Source: Escherichia coli
GTDB lineage: Bacteria > Pseudomonadota > Gammaproteobacteria > Enterobacterales > Enterobacteriaceae
Length of the DNA: 64,000 nt
Assembly (NCBI RefSeq): GCF_013315695.1
Contig: NZ_CP054354.1
Strand: one strand, 5' to 3'
The notes below the pieces were generated by a model. That model made no database searches. It saw only the letters and a program-made list of their open reading frames with translations, and was not told the DNA's origin. The translations under genes and the position numbers were made by a program. Below, piece by piece: positions 20,650-27,450 of the stretch; the stretch's first letter is position 1; the number at the start of each line of letters is the position of its first letter.

Positions 20650-20992
20650 AGGACGTCGCCGCCGGCTCCGCTTTTACCCGGCCATGCGGGGCATGGCCTT
20701 GTGGGTTTTCAGTTATGTGGCCGCCGTGTCGTGTGCGGGCTGTGCCGTGCCTCCATCGTAGCCGGGCTTCTGCGGGCGGGATGCAAGGTAAGATGAACCG
20801 CTGCGGTCACCCGGTCCCTCCTTCCCGTCTGCCGTGATTTTCCGGTCGTTCACCCGCTCAGATTTCGCGGTCTCACCCTCCAACTCCCGCCAGCCGTGTG
20901 CGTCAGGCTGCGGCTTCCCTTGCGCCCTTGCATCCCTGCAGGCCCGGCAAAGATGGAGGCACGGCACCGCCCGGTGTCGCAGAACATGTGAC
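20650..20992. repeat. GC-rich ~340-bp non-coding element, family A copy 2, immediately upstream of ardA
   Basis: Near-identical to 13701-14040 over ~330 bp. Confidence 0.7.
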
Positions 20993-21008
20993 TATGGAGG
21001 ATTCGGGA

Positions 21009-21509
21009 ATGTCTGTTGTTGCACCTGCTGTATACGTTGGAACCTGGCACAAATACAACTGTGGAAGCATCGCTGGCCGCTGGTTTGACCTGACAACGTT
21101 TGATGATGAACGCGACTTTTTCGCCGCCTGCCGTGCCCTTCACCAGGATGAAACCGACCCGGAACTGATGTTTCAGGATTATGAGGGATTCCCGGGGAAT
21201 ATGGCCTCTGAATGCCATATCAACTGGGCCTGGGTTGAAGGCTTCCGCCAGGCGCGGGATGAAGGCTGCGAAGAGGCTTATCGTCTCTGGGTGGATGATA
21301 CCGGTGAGACGGATTTTGACAGCTTCCGCGATGCCTGGTGGGGCGAGGCTGACAGTGAGGAGGCTTTTGCGGTTGAGTTCGTCAGTGATACCGGCCTGCT
21401 GGCTGACGTGCCGGAGACGGTGGCGCTCTATTTTGACTATGAGGCGTATGCGCGGGATTTATTCCTGGACTCCTTCACCTTTATTGACGGTCATGTGTTC
21501 CGTCGGTGA
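21009..21509 (+). CDS. ardA: Antirestriction protein ArdA
   Basis: 166 aa from ATG at 21009 (GGAGG RBS 20996-21000); MSVVAPAVYVGTWHKYNCGSIAGRWFDLTTFDDE and very acidic C-terminal half typical of ArdA DNA mimics. Confidence 0.85.
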   Translation: MSVVAPAVYVGTWHKYNCGSIAGRWFDLTTFDDERDFFAACRALHQDETDPELMFQDYEGFPGNMASECHINWAWVEGFRQARDEGCEEAYRLWVDDTGETDFDSFRDAWWGEADSEEAFAVEFVSDTGLLADVPETVALYFDYEAYARDLFLDSFTFIDGHVFRR

Positions 21510-21689
21510 TTTACTCCCCGCTCCGGCGGGGGGATGGCCTGCCAGGCCCCCGGAAAACCCTGGCAGGCTTACGCCTGCCTGAAATACAGGAGGGCCGCGC
21601 CTGCGGCGCTACCCTTCCTGCCTGTCATAGTGTGAGGCATTTTTCTGTTTTGTCGTTTCTGTTGTTCTGACTCCCGGGGGCGGGGACAC

Positions 21690-22240
21690 CCTTCGGCTCC
21701 CGGCTGCCTGGCGGCATCCGGTCGTCAGGCCCGACTCCGACAGGCAGCTGCTGGCGCACCCGCCAGTCTCCGCCGAACCCGCTGGCGCGGTTTCGGGCTG
21801 CCGCTACGGTCCGATGTCTGAAAAACCAGGCTTGCAGCGACCGTTCCGGTCGCGCCGCCTCTGTCGCGCCGTGACCTGCGCTCCCTGCACACCTGACGGT
21901 GTGTAAGGAAACTGCGCCTGATGGCGCAGTTGTCTGCCCTTCCGCCGCCCCCCCTGCGGCCTGTTTCCCCGCTGTGGACTTTCCGGGGGCTGAAGCGGCC
22001 ACAACACGTTTCAGCCGTCCAGGGGAGAGATGTACCAGCCACAAAACTTTTTGCCGCAAGCGTCAAAAACTTTTGCGTCTGCCCCCGGACAACTGCCCCG
22101 TGCCGTGGCAGTCGCTGCCCCATCGGAAAGGTCCACTGCGGGGAGAAACCCCGAAGAAGTGGACGGCAGAAGGGGCTTTCGCCCCTCCGGGGGAGCAACC
22201 GGTCGGCCCGGCGACCTGATTCAGCAGAAGGAGACGTTTT
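21690..22240. repeat. GC-rich non-coding element, family B copy 2 (Frpo/ssi-like)
   Basis: Aligns with 15343-15905 along most of its length; ends at the RBS of the 22242 gene. Confidence 0.65.
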
Positions 22241-22241
22241 C

Positions 22242-22676
22242 ATGACAGTCAGCAGCACGATTTCCGTTTTTTGCCGCGACGGGGTGTTCCGTACCGTTTA
22301 CTGCCACCTGCACGGTGAGCCGACCTGGAACGGTCGCATCCTGCATACCCACTATGCCACCGGTCAGCAGGCCGAAGCCCTGGTTGAACACGGTGATATC
22401 CGTTGCCTCGGTCCCCGTTGCGACAAACCCGCCGGGCATACGCTTCAGAACCCGGTGGACGGTGTGACGGCTTATTACGGACGTGACAGTGGTTTCCGGA
22501 TGGACAGTGAGGCGCGTGAGTACCGTTCTTTCAGGGAGGCCATCGCCACGGAAAGCACTGAAGAGGTGCGCTTCCATTATGTGTTCATCGACGGCTACTG
22601 GAAGGTGATGTACCGCACGCCGGAAGGCTGGAAGATGAAAGCGCTCGCGCTGGCACTGCGTCGCTGTCCGGAATGA
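22242..22676 (+). CDS. Hypothetical leading-region protein (144 aa)
   Basis: AAGGAG RBS then ATG at 22242; followed by hairpin terminator gcagggcgataaaccctgc (22682-22700). Confidence 0.55.
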   Translation: MTVSSTISVFCRDGVFRTVYCHLHGEPTWNGRILHTHYATGQQAEALVEHGDIRCLGPRCDKPAGHTLQNPVDGVTAYYGRDSGFRMDSEAREYRSFREAIATESTEEVRFHYVFIDGYWKVMYRTPEGWKMKALALALRRCPE

Positions 22677-22768
22677 AAAAAAGCAGGGCGATAAACCCTG
22701 CCTTTCTCCGCTGGCGCTTCCCCGTACGGAAGTCCGGCATCTCATTCACTAACTATGGAGATTATGCC

Positions 22769-23035
22769 ATGAGACCATCAATTATCTTCGCAACCGCCGA
22801 GTATGTAAAGCGTCTGCGAGAAGAGTGCCTGCGGGAGAACAAACCCCTGCACCGCCATACCCGCTTCAGACGCCAGGAACTGGCACCGGATGAGATTAAC
22901 CCGGACGTCCTGGCGATGGGCGGTCATATCGCCAGACGCTGCAGTGAGCAGAAGCGGGTACGTATCCCCGCCATGAAAGTCAGCGAATGGGGCCACCTGC
23001 TCCGCGCGCTTGAAATTGAACGGGTCTGTCACTGA
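22769..23035 (+). CDS. Hypothetical basic protein (88 aa)
   Basis: ATG at 22769 after ctatggagattatgcc; Arg/His-rich. Confidence 0.45.
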   Translation: MRPSIIFATAEYVKRLREECLRENKPLHRHTRFRRQELAPDEINPDVLAMGGHIARRCSEQKRVRIPAMKVSEWGHLLRALEIERVCH

Positions 23036-23211
23036 TTAACCCCTGCCGTCTGCCTGTGCAGGTGGCAGGATGTGTTCAGGTACTTTACCAGGAGGAACCG
23101 TGAGCAAGATGAAAAACATCACGACGTCTGTGTTGCATGGTGTCTCCACAAAAAACAGAAAAGGGAAACAGATTCTCTTTCATTCAGGGCCCGGGAGGGC
23201 TGGAGATAACA

Positions 23212-23601
23212 ATGAAGTCTTGTTTTGATACTGACAAAGCTTTTCATATGTCTTTTGATGAAGTCACTTTCAACGCTGACAGAATTCGCTCAAAACTGGA
23301 ACTATTATCCGAAGAACTAATGCCCCGTTGTGGTCTTGTTTATGAGCTATATCAGCGACGTTTGAGTGCTGCTATTGATAATTTTGTGGCCACATTGCCG
23401 ACAGAACAACATCTACTGGTCCTGGAACTGGCCCGTGAGGAGTTTGATTACCTTTCCGCAGAAGAGATTGCTGAAGAAATACGCCGTGACTCAGAACGCG
23501 GCTATTGTTGTCATGGCTTTGAACGCAATTGCTGTCCTCTCGGTTGTGGGGATTTGGGCGATGATTGCTGCGATGCTGCTGATTTGATGGAGGAACCGTG
23601 A
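23212..23601 (+). CDS. Hypothetical acidic protein with Cys-rich C-terminus (129 aa)
   Basis: GGAG RBS 23202-23205; C-terminal CCHGFERNCCPLGCGDLGDDCCD. Confidence 0.5.
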   Translation: MKSCFDTDKAFHMSFDEVTFNADRIRSKLELLSEELMPRCGLVYELYQRRLSAAIDNFVATLPTEQHLLVLELAREEFDYLSAEEIAEEIRRDSERGYCCHGFERNCCPLGCGDLGDDCCDAADLMEEP

Positions 23602-24512
23602 GTAAGAAGAAAAACACCACAACGCCCACGCCGCATGATGCCGCGTTCCGGTCGTTCCTGGCGAATCCCGACGTCGCCAGAGATTTTCTGGAACTGCATC
23701 TTCCTGCGGAGTACCGGCAGTTGTGCGACCTGTCCACGCTGAAGCTGGAACCCGCCACCTTTGTAGAGCCGGACCTGCATCAGTACGCCAGCGATATCCT
23801 CTGGAGCGTGAAAACCACCGGGGGTGAAGACGGCTATGTTTATACGCTCATCGAGCACCAGAGCACAGAAAATCTGTACATGCCTTTTCGCATGTTACGC
23901 TACAGTGTGGCGGCGATGCAGAGACATCTGGAGCAGCACAAAACGTTGCCACTGGTGATTCCGGTGCTGTTCTATCACGGTGAGCGCAGCCCGTACCCGT
24001 ACAGCATGAACTGGCTGGACTGTTTTGAGAATCCGGCACTTGCGGCTAAAATATACACAAAACCGTTTCCGCTGGTTGATATCACTGTCGTTGATGACAA
24101 TGAAATCATGAATCATCGCCGGATGGCCGCACTGACGCTGCTGATGAAGCATATCCGCCATCGTGACATGATGGAGCTGCTGGACAAACTCCCGCAGGTC
24201 ATGGTGGAAATTTCAGACGAGCAGGTGCGTGTTCTGATTCATTACATCGTTAACGCAGGGGACTCTGTATCACCGGAATTTATGCGGGCGCTGGCTGAGC
24301 GTCTGCCGCAGCATGAGGATAAACTGATGACTATCGCAGAACGTCTTGAGCAAAAAGGTCGCCAGGAAGGCAGGATGGAAGGACGCATGGAAGGAGCGCT
24401 TGAAAAAGCCCTGGCTATTGCGTGCCAGCTTCAGAAAATGGGGATGACGCCGGAGCAGATTAAGCAGGCTACCGGACTTTCCGATGACGAACTGAAGAAA
24501 ATCACTCACTGA
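23598..24512 (+). CDS. Rpn (YhgA-like) recombination-promoting nuclease, PD-(D/E)xK family
   Basis: 304 aa, GTG start after GGAGG; N-terminal PHDAAFRSFLANPDVARDFLELHLP and C-terminal QEGRMEGRMEG...MGMTPEQIKQATGLSDDELKK are characteristic of Rpn proteins as recalled. Confidence 0.8.
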   Translation: MSKKKNTTTPTPHDAAFRSFLANPDVARDFLELHLPAEYRQLCDLSTLKLEPATFVEPDLHQYASDILWSVKTTGGEDGYVYTLIEHQSTENLYMPFRMLRYSVAAMQRHLEQHKTLPLVIPVLFYHGERSPYPYSMNWLDCFENPALAAKIYTKPFPLVDITVVDDNEIMNHRRMAALTLLMKHIRHRDMMELLDKLPQVMVEISDEQVRVLIHYIVNAGDSVSPEFMRALAERLPQHEDKLMTIAERLEQKGRQEGRMEGRMEGALEKALAIACQLQKMGMTPEQIKQATGLSDDELKKITH

Positions 24513-24519
24513 TGAGAAC

Positions 24520-24552
24520 CGCAAAGCCCGGCAAAATCCCGGGCTTTTTTGC
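24520..24552 (+). terminator. Rho-independent terminator after rpn
   Basis: aaagcccggcaaaatcccgggctttttt: GC stem plus T-run. Confidence 0.6.
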
Positions 24553-24574
24553 CTGCAGGAGCAGAGCAAACAGC

Positions 24575-24745
24575 ATGACGATTGCAGAACGTCTTATACA
24601 GAAAGGTTTTGAAAAAGGTGCTCTTGAAGTGGCGCGGGAAATAGCCTGCCGGCTGCGGGATATGGGCTGGACGCCGGAACGGATTCAGGAGGCGACCGGA
24701 CTTTCCGGTGAAGAACTGAAAAAGCTGTTTCCTGATGAGCAGTAG
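24575..24745 (+). CDS. Free-standing Rpn C-terminal-domain paralogue (RpnS-like small protein, 56 aa)
   Basis: MTIAERLIQKGFEKGALEVAREIACRLRDMGWTPERIQEATGLSGEELKK parallels the rpn C-terminus MTIAERLEQKG...; begins after the rpn terminator; weak RBS. Confidence 0.45.
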   Translation: MTIAERLIQKGFEKGALEVAREIACRLRDMGWTPERIQEATGLSGEELKKLFPDEQ

Positions 24746-24775
24746 CCTGGCATTCTGCCAGGCTGTGAATCACGC

Positions 24776-25027
24776 TCACACATCCTCTGCCGTTTCCCCC
24801 AGTTCATTTTCCAGTCGCCTGATGATATCTGCCTTACGCATCCCCTGCATGTGAGGCAGCAGGTCACGGACTGAAAGTGCCTGGGTGGTCCTCCAGACGG
24901 TGACATCCACCTGCTCCGCATTTTCCCAGGCGTGCCATGTTCTCTGTGTCACGCCAAATTCTCTGGCCGCTTTTTCGCGTGACCAGAGCATGCTTTTTCG
25001 CCAGATTCGCAGTTCCCAGCCGGTCAT
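24776..25027 (-). CDS. Small Xre-like helix-turn-helix regulator (83 aa)
   Basis: REKAAREFGVTQRTWHAWE resembles an Xre-type HTH; divergent from the leading-region genes; operator-like repeats upstream. Confidence 0.5.
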   Translation of the reverse strand: MTGWELRIWRKSMLWSREKAAREFGVTQRTWHAWENAEQVDVTVWRTTQALSVRDLLPHMQGMRKADIIRRLENELGETAEDV

Positions 25028-25039
25028 AAAATACCTTTT

Positions 25040-25140
25040 AAAAAGTGAAAAAACTTCACTTTATTTTATCACCATAATCACCAAATCAGCGCGAAAAATA
25101 AATGTGAAAAAGTGAAGAAATTTCACTTTTTTTAGTTGTA
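25040..25140. promoter_or_regulatory. Inverted-repeat operator candidates (GTGAA-N-TTCAC) upstream of the Xre-like gene
   Basis: aaagtgaaaaaacttcacttt and gtgaaaaagtgaagaaatttcac in an AT-rich stretch. Confidence 0.4.
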
Positions 25141-25229
25141 GATGTCGTGCTGTTTTCTCTGTTTTCACCTGTGCGGGAGTGGGTGTCAGTGACCACCACA
25201 TGCCATTGTTGTGCCGTCGTTTTTCTTCA

Positions 25230-25600
25230 GTCGCGCCGGATGCAGCGCTCCCTGCACACCTTACGGTGTGTAAGGCCACTGCGCCTGATGGCGCAGCTGT
25301 CTCTGCCTGTCTGCCGCCGCACTGCGGCCTGTTCTCCGCAGACGGACTTTCCGGGGAACATACACGACCACATCCCGTTTCAGTTATCCAGGGGAGAGAT
25401 GTACCAGCCACAAAACTTTTTGCCGCAGGCGTCAAAAACTTTTGCGTCTGCCCCCGGACAACTGCCCCGTGACGTGGTGAGCATCCCCCGTCGGAAAGGT
25501 CCACTGCGGGGAAATCCCCGAAGACCCGGACGGCAGAAGGAGCTTCGCTCCTCCGGGAAATGACCTGGCTGACCCGGCAGTCGTGACGATGAGGAGACAA
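25230..25600. repeat. GC-rich non-coding element, family B copy 3 (partial, 3' ~370 bp)
   Basis: Aligns with the 3' part of 15343-15905 and 21690-22240; ends at the RBS of the 25605 gene. Confidence 0.6.
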
Positions 25601-25604
25601 TGTG

Positions 25605-26453
25605 ATGAATCAGACTTTACCCACTGCTGACCTGAATACTGCCGGCACGACAGATGTTATTCCGTCTGTAGCTATCGACCGCATCATCGCGCAGCGTAAC
25701 GAAGGTATTGCACTGTTCATGCAGGCGATGGAATGCCTGGCGACAGCGCGCAAGATTCTGCTCGATGCGTCAGGTGATATTTTTCTTTACGGGTTTGAAG
25801 ACTGCGTGACTGATTCCGTTCGTCGCATGGATAAGACGGAAGAAGCGAAAAGGAATATCACCCGTCTTGCCGACCGGAAAATCTGGGACCGCCTGATGAC
25901 AGATACGGGCATGTACACCTTCATGAGTTCATGCCAGCGTGATGAGTGGAACAGCCAGCTGATGAGCGACACCTGTCCTGAAATCACCCTGGACAATGTA
26001 CTGGCAACATTCCGCCATCTTAATGCCAGCAAGATGCAGACGTTTGAACAGGGGCTGATTGATGTCTACCGGAAATTGTCATGGGATTACAGAACCAATA
26101 ATCCCTGCCGTCTGGGTAAGAAAATCATTATTGAAAACCTACTGTACCGCTGGAGTAACGGGCGTGTGACGCTGGACTGCAGCGGACGGGAGGCACTGGA
26201 TGACCTGGTACGTCCGTTTTATCTGCTGGAGGGGCGCAACGTTCCTGACTTCAGGAACAGCATCGGGGCGCAGTATGGTGAATTTCTCGGGAACGGTGAC
26301 AATGTCGGTAAGCTGTTAGAAGGGGAATATTTTACGGTGCGTGGCTACCAGAAAGGGACCGTACACATTGTCTTTAAGCGTTCTGACCTTGTTGAAAAAC
26401 TGAATGATATTATTGCACGGCATTATCCTGGTGCATTGCCGCCACGAGTCTGA
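25605..26453 (+). CDS. Hypothetical leading-region protein (283 aa)
   Basis: GAGGAG RBS 25591-25596 then ATG at 25605; terminator-like hairpin at 26464-26496. Confidence 0.6.
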   Translation: MNQTLPTADLNTAGTTDVIPSVAIDRIIAQRNEGIALFMQAMECLATARKILLDASGDIFLYGFEDCVTDSVRRMDKTEEAKRNITRLADRKIWDRLMTDTGMYTFMSSCQRDEWNSQLMSDTCPEITLDNVLATFRHLNASKMQTFEQGLIDVYRKLSWDYRTNNPCRLGKKIIIENLLYRWSNGRVTLDCSGREALDDLVRPFYLLEGRNVPDFRNSIGAQYGEFLGNGDNVGKLLEGEYFTVRGYQKGTVHIVFKRSDLVEKLNDIIARHYPGALPPRV

Positions 26454-26538
26454 TTAAACAGAAAAGCCCAGGTATTTATGCCGGGGCTTTTTTTTCTGTA
26501 ATCATCATAATCTCAGAACACAATGTGACATTGTCACA

Positions 26539-26880
26539 TCAATTGTTGTTCATATCGATGCCATCTTTCCTGCCTGAATCTGTCTTTTTAGGTGCTGTTT
26601 TAGAGGAAGAACGGCGGGATGGTTTTTTCGATTCTGCTTCCCGAATAATGTCACGAAGTGCTTTCTCTCCTACTTCATATCCTGCATTTTTGAGCGTGTC
26701 ACGAACATCTGTCAGTGTATAACCCTTTGTCCTTACCAGGATAATGATGTCATCACGAATGGCATCAAGAAAATCACGCAATGTTTTCCGTTGAGCGGTG
26801 AGGTCTGGCAATTCCGATAAAGCAGCTTTTGCCAGCTGGATGTCATCATCTGAGTAAAATTTTTTAGACGCCATTGGCAC
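26539..26880 (-). CDS. Hypothetical Lys/Ser-rich protein adjacent to oriT (113 aa)
   Basis: GGAGAG RBS before GTG at 26880 (alternative ATG at 26874); basic C-terminal tail. Confidence 0.5.
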   Translation of the reverse strand: MPMASKKFYSDDDIQLAKAALSELPDLTAQRKTLRDFLDAIRDDIIILVRTKGYTLTDVRDTLKNAGYEVGEKALRDIIREAESKKPSRRSSSKTAPKKTDSGRKDGIDMNNN

Positions 26881-26989
26881 TTTCTCTCCGTTTAATGTTG
26901 AAGCCTGATTTTATCATCAAAAACTGCCTCCTGGCAGGGCTGCGCCCTGCCTCTGCCGTCTGCATAAGACTATGATGCACAAAAATAAC

Positions 26990-27065
26990 AGGCTATAATG
27001 GACTGAAAAACGGGACAGGATGTGTAATCGTATAACCGCGCACGCACGGCTATACGATTACCACC
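26990..27065 (-). other. oriT core: MOBP-type nic site ATCCTG|T on the minus strand (nick between 27016 and 27015) plus 11-bp inverted repeat
   Basis: Minus strand reads cacATCCTG|TCCCGTTTTTC; inverted repeat GTAATCGTATA...TATACGATTAC at 27024-27061, 7-8 nt from the nick; sits just upstream of nikA-nikB. Confidence 0.75.
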
Positions 27066-27106
27066 TGGTCAGGGCTTAGCCCCGACACCCCGGTAAGGAG
27101 CAGACC

Positions 27107-27439
27107 ATGAGTGAGAAGAAAACCCGAAGTGGCAGTGAGAAACGGCAAAAGAATGTCCTCATTGCTGTTCGTTTTTCACCAGAAGAGGCTGAGATTGTTA
27201 AAGAAAAGGCAGAAAAAAACGGACTGACAGTTTCAACTCTGATAAGAAAAACTGTGCTGGGAAAACAGATAAATGCCCGCATTGACGAAGATTTTTTGAA
27301 AGAGCTGATGCGTCTTGGTCGCCTGCAGAAGCATCTGTTTGTGGAAGGAAAACGCACGGGAGATAAAGAGTATGCAGAGGTTCTCGTTGCTATTACAGAG
27401 CTTGCTAATACTCTGCGAAGAAATTTAATGGGACGCTGA
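27107..27439 (+). CDS. nikA: Relaxosome accessory protein NikA (ribbon-helix-helix)
   Basis: 110 aa; VRFSPEEAEIVKEKAEKNGLTVSTLIRK...LMRLGRLQKHLFVEGKR matches R64 NikA as recalled; AAGGAG RBS. Confidence 0.9.
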   Translation: MSEKKTRSGSEKRQKNVLIAVRFSPEEAEIVKEKAEKNGLTVSTLIRKTVLGKQINARIDEDFLKELMRLGRLQKHLFVEGKRTGDKEYAEVLVAITELANTLRRNLMGR

Positions 27440-27450
27440 GATAATCGCTG

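Noticed and set aside
21725-22258. 177-aa and 144-aa minus-strand ORFs and 251-aa plus-strand ORF (21921-22676) across repeat B copy 2
   Set aside because: Same repeat-derived artefact; the real gene starts at 22242 with an AGGAG RBS.
23598-24512. IS element / transposase
   Set aside because: Rpn proteins are transposase-like nucleases but the gene is not flanked by terminal inverted repeats; no other transposase ORF in the window.
25061-25600. 179-aa minus-strand ORF and plus-strand ORFs across repeat B copy 3
   Set aside because: Repeat-derived; no RBS; the supported gene begins at 25605.
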